Of a stretch of 64,000 nt of DNA, positions 34,901-49,900 are shown piece by piece. How positions within the stretch are numbered: position 1 is the stretch's first letter; every line of letters begins with the position of its first letter. Below the pieces are notes generated by a model that saw only the letters and a program-made list of their open reading frames with translations, was not told where the DNA came from and searched no databases. A program made the translations under genes and the position numbers. Source of the DNA: Eledone cirrhosa (taxonomy: Eukaryota); assembly GCA_964016885.1 (NCBI GenBank), contig OZ024740.1:31930001-31994000 (forward strand), in the 5' to 3' direction.

Positions 34901-37900
34901 AGTATAGAACATGGTTCTGAGTAATGAGAGGATGATAGTATAGAACATGGTTCTATGTAATGAGAGGGTGATAGTATAGAACATGGTTCTGAGTAATGAG
35001 AGGGTGATAGTATAGAACATGGTTCTGTGTAATGAGAGGGTGATAGTATAGAACATGGTTCTGTGTAATGAGAGGGTGATAGTATAGAACATGGTTCTAA
35101 GTAATGAGAGGATGATAGTATAGAAAATGGTGCTGAGTAATGAGAGGGTGATAGTATAGAACATGGTTCTGAGTAATGAGAGGATGATAGTATAGAACAT
35201 GGTTCTAAGTAATGAGAGGGTGATAGTATAGAACATGGTTCTAAGTAATGAGAGGCTGATAGTATAGAACATGGTTCTGAGTAATGAGAGGATGATAGTA
35301 TAGAACATGGTTCTGAGTACTGAGAGGGTGATAGTATAGAACATGGTTCTGTGTAATGAGAGGGTGATAGTATAGAACATGGTTCTGTGTAATGAGAGGG
35401 TGATAGTATAGAACATGGTTCTAAGTAATGAGAGGATGATAGTATAGAACATGGTTCTAAGTAATGAGAGGATGATAGTATAGAACATGGTTCTGAGTAA
35501 TGAGAGGATGATAGTATAGAACATGGTTCTAAGTAATGAGAGGGTGATAGTATAGAACATGGTTCTGAGTAATGAGAGGGTGATAGTATAGAACATGGTT
35601 CTGTGTAATGAGAGGGTGGTAGTATAGAACATGGTTTTAAGTAATGAGAGGATGATAGTATAGAACATGGTTCTAAGTAATGAGAGGATGATAGTATAGA
35701 ACATGGTTCTGAGTAATGAGCGGATGATAGTATAGAACATGGTTCTAAGTAATGAGAGGATGATAGTATAGAACATGGTTCTGAGTAATGAGAGGGTGAT
35801 AGTATAGAACATGGTTCTGTGTAATGAGAGGGTGATAGTATAGAACATGGTTCTAAGTAATGAGAGGATGATAGTATAGAACATGGTGCTGAGTAATGAG
35901 AGGGTGATAGTATAGAACATGGTTCTGAGTAATGAGAGGATGATAGTATAGAACATGGTTCTAAGTAATGAGAGGATGATAGTATAGAACATGGTTCTGT
36001 GTAATGAGAGGGTGATAGTATAGAACATGGTTCTAAGTAATGAGAGGATGATAGTATAGAACATGGTCCTAAGTAATGAGAGGATGATAGTATAGAACAT
36101 GGTTCTGAGTAATGAGAGGGTGATAGTATAGAACATGGTTCTGTGTAATGAGAGGGTGATAGTATAGAACATGGTTCTGTGTAATGAGAGGGTGATAGTA
36201 TAGAACATGGTTCTAAGTAATGAGAGGATGATAGTATAGAACATGGTTCGAAGTAATGAGAGGATGATAGTATAGAACATGGTTCTAAGTAATGAGAGGA
36301 TGATAGTATAGAACATGGTTCTGAGTAATGAGAGGGTGATAGTATAGAACATGGTTCAGTGTAATGAGAGGGTGATAGTATAGAACATGGTTCTAAGTAA
36401 TGAGAGGATGATAGTATAGAACATGGTTCTGAGTAATGAGAGGGTGATAGTATAGAACATGGTTCTAAGTAATGAGAGGATGATAGTATAGAACATGGTG
36501 CTGAGTAATGAGAGGGTGATAGTATAGAACATGGTTCTGAGTAATGAGAGGATGATAGTATAGAACATGGTTCTAAGTAATGAGAGGATGATAGTATAGA
36601 ACATGGTTCTGTGTAATGAGAGGGTGATAGTATAGAACATGGTGCTGAGTAATAAGAGGGTGATAGTATAGAACATGGTTCTGAGTAATGAGAGGATGAT
36701 AGTATAGAACATGGTTCTAAGTAATGAGAGGATGATAGTATAGAACATGGTTCTGTGTAATGAGAGGGTGATAGTATAGAACATGGTTCTAAGTAATGAG
36801 AGGATGATAGTATAGAACATGGTTCTAAGTAATGAGAGGGTGATAGTATAGAACATAGTTCTGTGTAATGAGAGGGTGATAGTATAGAACATGGTTCTGT
36901 GTAATGAGAGGGGGTATAGTATAGAACATGGTTCTGTGTAATGAGAGGGTGATAGTATAGAACATGGTTCTAAGTAATGAGAGGATGATAGTATAGAACA
37001 TGGTTCTATGTAATGAGAGGGTGATAGTATAGAACATGGTTCTGAGTAATGAGAGGGTGATAGTATAGAACATGGTTCTGTGTAATGAGAGGGTGATAGT
37101 ATAGAACATGGTTCTGTGTAATGAGAGGGTGATAGTATAGAACATGGTTCTAAGTAATGAGAGGATGATAGTATAGAAAATGGTGCTGAGTAATGAGAGG
37201 GTGATAGTATAGAACATGGTTCTGAGTAATGAGAGGATGATAGTATAGAACATGGTTCTAAGTAATGAGAGGGTGATAGTATAGAACATGGTTCTAAGTA
37301 ATGAGAGGGTGATAGTATAGAACATGGTTCTGAGTAATGAGAGGATGATAGTATAGAACATGGTTCTGAGTACTGAGAGGGTGATAGTATAGAACATGGT
37401 TCTGTGTAATGAGAGGGTGATAGTATAGAACATGGTTCTGTGTAATGAGAGGGTGATAGTATAGAACATGGTTCTAAGTAATGAGAGGATGATAGTATAG
37501 AACATGGTTCTAAGTAATGAGAGGATGATAGTATAGAACATGGTTCTGAGTAATGAGAGGATGATAGTATAGAACATGGTTCTAAGTAATGAGAGGGTGA
37601 TAGTATAGAACATGGTTCTGAGTAATGAGAGGGTGATAGTATAGAACATGGTTCTGTGTAATGAGAGGGTGGTAGTATAGAACATGGTTCTAAGTAATGA
37701 GAGGATGATAGTATAGAACATGGTTCTAAGTAATGAGAGGATGATAGTATAGAACATGGTTCTGAGTAATGAGCGGATGATAGTATAGAACATGGTTCTA
37801 AGTAATGAGAGGATGATAGTATAGAACATGGTTCTGAGTAATGAGAGGGTGATAGTATAGAACATGGTTCTGTGTAATGAGAGGGTGATAGTATAGAACA

Positions 37901-40900
37901 TGGTTCTAAGTAATGAGAGGATGATAGTATAGAACATGGTGCTGAGTAATGAGAGGGTGATAGTATAGAACATGGTTCTGAGTAATGAGAGGATGATAGT
38001 ATAGAACATGGTTCTAAGTAATGAGAGGATGATAGTATAGAACATGGTTCTGTGTAATGAGAGGGTGATAGTATAGAACATGGTTCTAAGTAATGAGAGG
38101 ATGATAGTATAGAACATGGTTCTAAGTAATGAGAGGGTGATAGTATAGAACATAGTTCTGTGTAATGAGAGGGTGATAGTATAGAACATGGTTCTGTGTA
38201 ATGAGAGGGGGTATAGTATAGAACATGGTTCTGTGTAATGAGAGGGTGATAGTATAGAACATGGTTCTAAGTAATGAGAGGATGATAGTATAGAACATGG
38301 TTCTATGTAATGAGAGGGTGATAGTATAGAACATGGTTCTGAGTAATGAGCGGGTGATAGTATAGAACATGGTTCTGTGTAATGAGAGGGTGATAGTATA
38401 GAACATGGTTCTGTGTAATGAGAGGATGATAGTATAGAACATGGTTCTAAGTAATGAGAGGATGATAGTATAGAAAATGGTGCTGAGTAATGAGAGGGTG
38501 ATAGTATAGAACATGGTTCTGAGTAATGAGAGGATGATAGTATAGAACATGGTTCTAAGTAATGAGAGGGTGATAGTATAGAACATGGTTCTAAGTAATG
38601 AGAGGGTGATAGTATAGAACATGGTTCTGAGTAATGAGAGGATGATAGTATAGAACATGGTTCTGAGTACTGAGAGGGTGATAGTATAGAACATGGTTCT
38701 GTGTAATGAGAGGGTGATAGTATAGAACATGGTTCTGTGTAATGAGAGGGTGATAGTATAGAACATGGTTCTAAGTAATGAGAGGATGATAGTATAGAAC
38801 ATGGTTCTAAGTAATGAGAGGATGATAGTATAGAACATGGTTCTGAGTAATGAGAGGATGATAGTATAGAACATGGTTCTAAGTAATGAGAGGGTGATAG
38901 TATAGAACATGGTTCTGAGTAATGAGAGGGTGATAGTATAGAACATGGTTCTGTGTAATGAGAGGGTGGTAGTATAGAACATGGTTCTAAGTAATGAGAG
39001 GATGATAGTATAGAACATGGTTCTAAGTAATGAGAGGATGATAGTATAGAACATGGTTCTGAGTAATGAGCGGATGATAGTATAGAACATGGTTCTAAGT
39101 AATGAGAGGATGATAGTATAGAACATGGTTCTGAGTAATGAGAGGGTGATAGTATAGAACATGGTTCTGTGTAATGAGAGGGTGATAGTATAGAACATGG
39201 TTCTAAGTAATGAGAGGATGATAGTATAGAACATGGTGCTGAGTAATGAGAGGGTGATAGTATAGAACATGGTTCTGAGTAATGAGAGGATGATAGTATA
39301 GAACATGGTTCTAAGTAATGAGAGGATGATAGTATAGAACATGGTTCTGTGTAATGAGAGGGTGATAGTATAGAACATGGTTCTAAGTAATGAGAGGATG
39401 ATAGTATAGAACATGGTCCTAAGTAATGAGAGGATGATAGTATAGAACATGGTTCTGAGTAATGAGAGGGTGATAGTATAGAACATGGTTCTGTGTAATG
39501 AGAGGGTGATAGTATAGAACATGGTTCTGTGTAATGAGAGGGTGATAGTATAGAACATGGTTCTAAGTAATGAGAGGATGATAGTATAGAACATGGTTCG
39601 AAGTAATGAGAGGATGATAGTATAGAACATGGTTCTAAGTAATGAGAGGATGATAGTATAGAACATGGTTCTGAGTAATGAGAGGGTGATAGTATAGAAC
39701 ATGGTTCAGTGTAATGAGAGGGTGATAGTATAGAACATGGTTCTAAGTAATGAGAGGATGATAGTATAGAACATGGTTCTGAGTAATGAGAGGGTGATAG
39801 TATAGAACATGGTTCTAAGTAATGAGAGGATGATAGTATAGAACATGGTGCTGAGTAATGAGAGGGTGATAGTATAGAACATGGTTCTGAGTAATGAGAG
39901 GATGATAGTATAGAACATGGTTCTAAGTAATGAGAGGATGATAGTATAGAACATGGTTCTGTGTAATGAGAGGGTGATAGTATAGAACATGGTGCTGAGT
40001 AATAAGAGGGTGATAGTATAGAACATGGTTCTGAGTAATGAGAGGATGATAGTATAGAACATGGTTCTAAGTAATGAGAGGATGATAGTATAGAACATGG
40101 TTCTGTGTAATGAGAGGGTGATAGTATAGAACATGGTTCTAAGTAATGAGAGGATGATAGTATAGAACATGGTTCTAAGTAATGAGAGGGTGATAGTATA
40201 GAACATAGTTCTGTGTAATGAGAGGGTGATAGTATAGAACATGGTTCTGTGTAATGAGAGGGGGTATAGTATAGAACATGGTTCTGTGTAATGAGAGGGT
40301 GATAGTATAGAACATGGTTCTAAGTAATGAGAGGATGATAGTATAGAACATGGTTCTAAGTAATGAGAGGGTGATAGTATAGAACATGGTTCTGAGTAAT
40401 GAGAGAGTGATAGTATAGAACATGGTTCTGTGTAATGAGAGGATGATAGTATAGAACATGGTTCTAAGTAATGAGAGGGTGATAGTATAGAACATGGTTC
40501 TAAGTAATGAGAGGATGATAGTATAGAACATGTTTCTAAGTAATGAGAGGATGATAGTATAGAACATGTTTCTAAGTAATGAGAGGGTGATAGTACAGAA
40601 CATGGTTCTGTGTAATGAGAGGGTGATAGTATAGAACATGGTTCTAAGTAATGAGAGGATGATAGTATAGAACATGGTGCTGAGTAATAAGAGGATGATA
40701 GTATAGAACATGGTTCTAAGTAATGAGAAGGTGATAGTATAGAACATGGTTCTAAGTAATGAGAGGGTGATAGTATAGAACATGGTTCTGAGTAATGAGA
40801 GGATGATAGTATAGAACATGGTTCTGAGTAATGAGAGGGTGATAGTATAGAACATGGTTCTGTGTAATGAGAGGGTGATAGTATAGAACATGGTTCTGTG

Positions 40901-43900
40901 TAATGAGAGGGTGATAGTATAGAACATGGTTCTAAGTAATGAGAGGATGATAGTATAGAACATGGTTCTAAGTAATGAGAGGGTGATAGTATAGAACATG
41001 GTTCTGTGTAATGAGAGGATGATAGTATAGAACATGGTTCTAAGTAATAAGAGGGTGATAGTATAGAACATGGTTCTGAGTAATGAGAGGGTGATAGTAT
41101 AGAACATGGTTCTGTGTAATGAGAGGGTGATAGTATAGAACAAGGTTCAAAGTAATGAGAGGATGATAGTATAGAACATGGTTCTAAGTAATGAGAGGGT
41201 GATAGTATAGAACATGGTTCTAAGTAATGAGAGGATGATAATATAGAACATGGTGCTGAGTAATGAGAGGATGATAGTATAGAACATGGTGCTGAGTAAT
41301 GAGAGGGTGATAGTATAGAACATGGTTCTGAGTAATGAGAGGATGATAGTATAGAACATGGTTCTAAGTAATGAGAGGATGATAGTATAGAACATGGTTC
41401 TGTGTAATGAGAGGGTGATAGTATGGAACATGGTGCTGAGTAATGAGAGGGTGATAGTATAGAACATGGTTCTGAGTAATGAGAGGATGATAGTATAGAA
41501 CATGGTTCTATGTAATGAGAGGGTGATAGTATAGAACATGGTTCTGAGTAATGAGAGGGTGATAGTATAGAACATGGTTCTGTGTAATGAGAGGGTGATA
41601 GTATAGAACATGGTTCTGTGTAATTAGAGGGTGATAGTATAGAACATGGTTCTAAGTAATGAGAGGATGATAGTATAGAAAATGGTGCTGAGTAATGAGA
41701 GGGTGATAGTATAGAACATGGTTCTGAGTAATGAGAGGATGATAGTATAGAACATGGTTCTAAGTAATGAGAGGGTGATAGTATAGAACATGGTTCTAAG
41801 TAATGAGAGGGTGATAGTATAGAACATGGTTCTGAGTAATGAGAGGATGATAGTATAGAACATGGTTCTGAGTACTGAGAGGGTGATAGTATAGAACATG
41901 GTTCTGTGTAATGAGAGGGTGATAGTATAGAACATGGTTCTGTGTAATGAGAGGGTGATAGTATAGAACATGGTTCTAAGTAATGAGAGGATGATAGTAT
42001 AGAACATGGTTCTAAGTAATGAGAGGATGATAGTATAGAACATGGTTCTGAGTAATGAGAGGATGATAGTATAGAACATGGTTCTAAGTAATGAGAGGGT
42101 GATAGTATAGAACATGGTTCTGAGTAATGAGAGGGTGATAGTATAGAACATGGTTCTGTGTAATGAGAGGGTGGTAGTATAGAACATGGTTTTAAGTAAT
42201 GAGAGGATGATAGTATAGAACATGGTTCTAAGTAATGAGAGGATGATAGTATAGAACATGGTTCTGAGTAATGAGCGGATGATAGTATAGATCATGGTTC
42301 TAAGTAATGAGAGGATGATAGTATAGAACATGGTTCTGAGTAATGAGAGGGTGATAGTATAGAACATGGTTCTGTGTAATGAGAGGGTGATAGTATAGAA
42401 CATGGTTCTAAGTAATGAGAGGATGATAGTATAGAACATGGTGCTGAGTAATGAGAGGGTGATAGTATAGAACATGGTTCTGAGTAATGAGAGGATGATA
42501 GTATAGAACATGGTTCTAAGTAATGAGAGGATGATAGTATAGAACATGGTTCTGTGTAATGAGAGGGTGATAGTATAGAACATGGTTCTAAGTAATGAGA
42601 GGATGATAGTATAGAACATGGTCCTAAGTAATGAGAGGATGATAGTATAGAACATGGTTCTGAGTAATGAGAGGGTGATAGTATAGAACATGGTTCTGTG
42701 TAATGAGAGGGTGATAGTATAGAACATGGTTCTGTGTAATGAGAGGGTGATAGTATAGAACATGGTTCTAAGTAATGAGAGGATGATAGTATAGAACATG
42801 GTTCGAAGTAATGAGAGGATGATAGTATAGAACATGGTTCTAAGTAATGAGAGGATGATAGTATAGAACATGGTTCTGAGTAATGAGAGGGTGATAGTAT
42901 AGAACATGGTTCAGTGTAATGAGAGGGTGATAGTATAGAACATGGTTCTAAGTAATGAGAGGATGATAGTATAGAACATGGTTCTGAGTAATGAGAGGGT
43001 GATAGTATAGAACATGGTTCTAAGTAATGAGAGGATGATAGTATAGAACATGGTGCTGAGTAATGAGAGGGTGATAGTATAGAACATGGTTCTGAGTAAT
43101 GAGAGGATGATAGTATAGAACATGGTTCTAAGTAATGAGAGGATGATAGTATAGAACATGGTTCTGTGTAATGAGAGGGTGATAGTATAGAACATGGTGC
43201 TGAGTAATGAGAGGGTGATAGTATAGAACATGGTTCTGAGTAATGAGAGGATGATAGTATAGAACATGGTTCTGAGTAATGAGAGAGTGATAGTATAGAA
43301 CATGGTTCTGTGTAATGAGAGGGTGATAGTATAGAACATGGTTCTAAGTAATGAGAGGGTGATAGTATAGAACATGGTTCTAAGTAATGAGAGGATGATA
43401 GTATAGAACATGTTTCTAAGTAATGAGAGGATGATAGTATAGAACATGTTTCTAAGTAATGAGAGGGTGATAGTACAGAACATGGTTCTAAGTAATGAGA
43501 GGGTGATAGTATAGAACATGGTTCTGAGTAATGAGAGGGTGATAGTATAGAACATGGTTCTGTGTAATGAGAGGGTGGTAGTATAGAACATGGTTTTAAG
43601 TAATGAGAGGATGATAGTATAGAACATGGTTCTAAGTAATGAGAGGATGATAGTATAGAACATGGTTCTGAGTAATGAGCGGATGATAGTATAGAACATG
43701 GTTCTAAGTAATGAGAGGATGATAGTATAGAACATGGTTCTGAGTAATGAGAGGGTGATAGTATAGAACATGGTTCTGTGTAATGAGAGGGTGATAGTAT
43801 AGAACATGGTTCTAAGTAATGAGAGGATGATAGTATAGAACATGGTGCTGAGTAATGAGAGGGTGATAGTATAGAACATGGTTCTGAGTAATGAGAGGAT

Positions 43901-46900
43901 GATAGTATAGAACATGGTTCTAAGTAATGAGAGGATGATAGTATAGAACATGGTTCTGTGTAATGAGAGGGTGATAGTATAGAACATGGTTCTAAGTAAT
44001 GAGAGGATGATAGTATAGAACATGGTCCTAAGTAATGAGAGGATGATAGTATAGAACATGGTTCTGAGTAATGAGAGGGTGATAGTATAGAACATGGTTC
44101 TGTGTAATGAGAGGGTGATAGTATAGAACATGGTTCTGTGTAATGAGAGGGTGATAGTATAGAACATGGTTCTAAGTAATGAGAGGATGATAGTATAGAA
44201 CATGGTTCGAAGTAATGAGAGGATGATAGTATAGAACATGGTTCTAAGTAATGAGAGGATGATAGTATAGAACATGGTTCTGAGTAATGAGAGGGTGATA
44301 GTATAGAACATGGTTCAGTGTAATGAGAGGGTGATAGTATAGAACATGGTTCTAAGTAATGAGAGGATGATAGTATAGAACATGGTTCTGAGTAATGAGA
44401 GGGTGATAGTATAGAACATGGTTCTAAGTAATGAGAGGATGATAGTATAGAACATGGTGCTGAGTAATGAGAGGGTGATAGTATAGAACATGGTTCTGAG
44501 TAATGAGAGGATGATAGTATAGAACATGGTTCTAAGTAATGAGAGGATGATAGTATAGAACATGGTTCTGTGTAATGAGAGGGTGATAGTATAGAACATG
44601 GTGCTGAGTAATGAGAGGGTGATAGTATAGAACATGGTTCTGAGTAATGAGAGGATGATAGTATAGAACATGGTTCTGAGTAATGAGAGAGTGATAGTAT
44701 AGAACATGGTTCTGTGTAATGAGAGGGTGATAGTATAGAACATGGTTCTAAGTAATGAGAGGGTGATAGTATAGAACATGGTTCTAAGTAATGAGAGGAT
44801 GATAGTATAGAACATGTTTCTAAGTAATGAGAGGATGATAGTATAGAACATGTTTCTAAGTAATGAGAGGGTGATAGTACAGAACATGGTTCTGTGTAAT
44901 GAGAGGGTGATAGTATAGAACATGGTTCTAAGTAATGAGAGGATGATAGTATAGAACATGGTGCTGAGTAATGAGAGGATGATAGTATAGAACATGGTTC
45001 TAAGTAATGAGAAGGTGATAGTATAGAACATGGTTCTAAGTAATGAGAGGGTGATAGTATAGAACATGGTTCTGAGTAATGAGAGGATGATAGTATAGAA
45101 CATGGTTCTGAGTAATGAGAGGGTGATAGTATAGAACATGGTTCTGAGTAATGAGAGGGTGATAGTATAGAACATGGTTCTGTGTAATGAGAGGGTGATA
45201 GTATAGAACATGGTTCTAAGTAATGAGAGGATGATAGTATAGAACATGGTTCTAAGTAATGAGAGGGTGATAGTATAGAACATGGTTCTGAGTAATGAGA
45301 GGATGATAGTATAGAACATGGTTCTAAGTAATGAGAGGGTGATAGTATAGAACATGGTTCTAAGTAATGAGAGGGTGATAGTATAGAACATGGTTCTGAG
45401 TAATGAGAGGATGATAGTATAGAACATGGTTCTGAGTACTGAGAGGGTGATAGTATAGAACATGGTTCTGTGTAATGAGAGGATGATAGTATAGAACATG
45501 GTTCTAAGTAATAAGAGGGTGATAGTATAGAACATGGTTCTGAGTAATGAGAGGGTGATAGTATAGAACATGGTTCTGTGTAATGAGAGGGTGATAGTAT
45601 AGAACAAGGTTCTAAGTAATGAGAGGATGATAGTATAGAACATGGTTCTAAGTAATGAGAGGGTGATAGTATAGAACATGGTTCTAAGTAATGAGAGGAT
45701 GATAATATAGAACATGGTGCTGAGTAATGAGAGGATGATAGTATAGAACATGGTGCTGAGTAATGAGAGGGTGATAGTATAGAACATGGTTCTGAGTAAT
45801 GAGAGGATGATAGTATAGAACATGGTTCTAAGTAATGAGAGGATGATAGTATAGAACATGGTTCTGTGTAATGAGAGGGTGATAGTATGGAACATGGTGC
45901 TGAGTAATGAGAGGGTGATAGTATAGAACATGGTTCTGAGTAATGAGAGGATGATAGTATAGAACATGGTTCTATGTAATGAGAGGGTGATAGTATAGAA
46001 CATGGTTCTGAGTAATGAGAGGGTGATAGTATAGAACATGGTTCTGTGTAATGAGAGGGTGATAGTATAGAACATGGTTCTGTGTAATGAGAGGGTGATA
46101 GTATAGAACATGGTTCTAAGTAATGAGAGGATGATAGTATAGAAAATGGTGCTGAATAATGAGAGGGTGATAGTATAGAACATGGTTCTGAGTAATGAGA
46201 GGATGATAGTATAGAACATGGTTCTAAGTAATGAGAGGGTGATAGTATAGAACATGGTTCTAAGTAATGAGAGGGTGATAGTATAGAACATGGTTCTGAG
46301 TAATGAGAGGATGATAGTATAGAACATGGTTCTGAGTACTGAGAGGGTGATAGTATAGAACATGGTTCTGTGTAATGAGAGGGTGATAGTATAGAACATG
46401 GTTCTGTGTAATGAGAGGGTGATAGTATAGAACATGGTTCTAAGTAATGAGAGGATGATAGTATAGAACATGGTTCTAAGTAATGAGAGGATGATAGTAT
46501 AGAACATGGTTCTGAGTAATGAGAGGATGATAGTATAGAACATGGTTCTAAGTAATGAGAGGGTGATAGTATAGAACATGGTTCTGAGTAATGAGAGGGT
46601 GATAGTATAGAACATGGTTCTGTGTAATGAGAGGGTGGAAGTATAGAACATGGTTCTAAGTAATGAGAGGATGATAGTATAGAACATGGTTCTAAGTAAT
46701 GAGAGGATGATAGTATAGAACATGGTTCTGAGTAATGAGCGGATGATAGTATAGAACATGGTTCTAAGTAATGAGAGGATGATAGTATAGAACATGGTTC
46801 TGAGTAGTGAGAGGGTGATAGTATAGAACATGGTTCTGTGTAATGAGAGGGTGATAGTATAGAACATGGTTCTAAGTAATGAGAGGATGATAGTATAGAA

Positions 46901-49900
46901 CATGGTGCTGAGTAATGAGAGGGTGATAGTATAGAACATGGTTCTGAGTAATGAGAGGATGATAGTATAGAACATGGTTCTAAGTAATGAGAGGATGATA
47001 GTATAGAACATGGTTCTGTGTAATGAGAGGGTGATAGTATAGAACATGGTTCTAAGTAATGAGAGGATGATAGTATAGAACATGGTCCTAAGTAATGAGA
47101 GGATGATAGTATAGAACATGGTTCTGAGTAATGAGAGGGTGATAGTATAGAACATGGTTCTGTGTAATGAGAGGGTGATAGTATAGAACATGGTTCTGTG
47201 TAATGAGAGGGTGATAGTATAGAACATGGTTCTAAGTAATGAGAGGATGATAGTATAGAACATGGTTCGAAGTAATGAGAGGATGATAGTATAGAACATG
47301 GTTCTAAGTAATGAGAGGATGATAGTATAGAACATGGTTCTGAGTAATGAGAGGGTGATAGTATAGAACATGGTTCAGTGTAATGAGAGGGTGATAGTAT
47401 AGAACATGGTTCTAAGTAATGAGAGGATGATAGTATAGAACATGGTGCTGAGTAATGAGAGGGTGATAGTATAGAACATGGTTCTGAGTAATGAGAGGAT
47501 GATAGTATAGAACATGGTTCTAAGTAATGAGAGGATGATAGTATAGAACATGGTTCTGTGTAATGAGAGGGTGATAGTATAGAACATGGTGCTGAGTAAT
47601 GAGAGGGTGATAGTATAGAACATGGTTCTGAGTAATGAGAGGATGATAGTATAGAACATGGTTCTAAGTAATGAGAGGGTGATAGTATAGAACATAGTTC
47701 TGTGTAATGAGAGGGTGATAGTATAGAACATGGTTCTGTGTAATGAGAGGGGGTATAGTATAGAACATGGTTCTGTGTAATGAGAGGGTGATAGTATAGA
47801 ACATGGTTCTAAGTAATGAGAGGATGATAGTATAGAACATGGTTCTAAGTAATGAGAGGGTGATAGTATAGAACATGGTTCTGAGTAATGAGAGAGTGAT
47901 AGTATAGAACATGGTTCTGTGTAATGAGAGGGTGATAGTATAGAACATGGTTCTAAGTAATGAGAGGATGATAGTATAGAACATGTTTCTAAGTAATGAG
48001 AGGATGATAGTATAGAACATGTTTCTAAGTAATGAGAGGGTGATAGTACAGAACATGGTTCTGTGTAATGAGAGGGTGATAGTATAGAACATGGTTCTAA
48101 GTAATGAGAGGATGATAGTATAGAACATGGTGCTGAGTAATGAGAGGATGATAGTATAGAACATGGTTCTAAGTAATGAGAAGGTGATAGTATAGAACAT
48201 GGTTCTAAGTAATGAGAGGGTGATAGTATAGAACATGGTTCTGTGTAATGAGAGGATGATAGTATAGAACATGGTTCTAAGTAATAAGAGGGTGATAGTA
48301 TAGAACATGGTTCTGAGTAATGAGAGGGTGATAGTATAGAACATGGTTCTGTGTAATGAGAGGGTGATAGTATAGAACATGGTTCTAAGTAATGAGAGGA
48401 TGATAGTATAGAACATGGTTCTAAGTAATGAGAGGGTGATAGTATAGAACATGGTTCTAAGTAATGGGAGGATGATAGTATAGAACATGGTGCTGAGTAA
48501 TGAGAGGATGATAGTATAGAACATGGTGCTGAGTAATTAGAGGATGATAGTATAGAACATGGTTCTGTGTAATGAGAGGGTGATAGTATGGAACATGGTT
48601 CTGTGTAATGAGAGGGTGATAGTATAGAACATGGTGCTGAGTAATGAGAGGGTGATAGTATAGAACATGGTTCTGAGTAATGAGAGGATGATAGTATAGA
48701 ACATGGTTCTAAGTAATGAGAGGATGATAGTATAGAACATGGTTCTGTGTAATGAGAGGGTGATAGTATAGAACATGGTTCTAAGTAATGAGAGGATGAT
48801 AGTATAGAACATGGTTCTGAGTAATGAGAGGGTGATAGTATAGAACATGGTTCTAAGTAATGAGAGGATGATAGTATAGAACATGGTTCTGAGTAATGAG
48901 AGGGTGATAGTATAGAACATGGTGCTGAGTAATGAGAGGGTGATAGTATAGAACATGGTTCTGAGTAATGAGAGGATGATAGTATAGAACATGGTTCTAA
49001 GTAATGAGAGGATGATAGTATAGAACATGGTTCTGTGTAATGAGAGGGTGATAGTATAGAACATGGTTCTAAGTAATGAGAGGATGATAGTATAGAACAT
49101 GGTTCTAAGTAATGAGAGGGTGATAGTATAGAACATGGTTCTGTGTAATGAGAGGGTGATAGTATAGAACATGGTGCTGAGTAATGAGAGGGTGATAGTA
49201 TAGAACATGGTTCTGAGTAATGAGAGGATGATAGTATAGAACATGGTTCTAAGTAATGAGAGGATGATAGTATAGAACATGGTTCTGTGTAATGAGAGGG
49301 TGATAGTATAGAACATGGTTCTAAGTAATGAGAGGATGATAGTATAGAACATGGTTCTAAGTAATGAGAGGGTGATAGTATAGAACATGGTTCTGTGTAA
49401 TGAGAGGGTGATAGTATAGAACATGGTTCTGTGTAATGAGAGGGGGTATAGTATAGAACATGGTTCTGTGTAATGAGAGGGTGATAGTATAGAACATGGT
49501 TCTAAGTAATGAGAGGACGATAGTATAGAACATGGTTCTAAGTAATGAGAGGGTGATAGTATAGAACATGGTTCTGAGTAATGAGAGAGTGATAGTATAG
49601 AACATGGTTCTGTGTAATGAGAGGGTGATAGTATAGAACATGGTTCTAAGTAATGAGAGGGTGATAGTATAGAACATGGTTCTAAGTAATGAGAGGATGA
49701 TAGTATAGAACATGTTTCTAAGTAATGAGAGGATGATAGTATAGAACATGTTTCTAAGAAATGAGAGGGTGATAGTACAGAACATGGTTCTGTGTAATGA
49801 GAGGGTGATAGTATAGAACATGGTTCTAAGTAATGAGAGGATGATAGTATAGAACATGGTGCTGAGTAATGAGAGGATGATAGTATAGAACATGGTTCTA

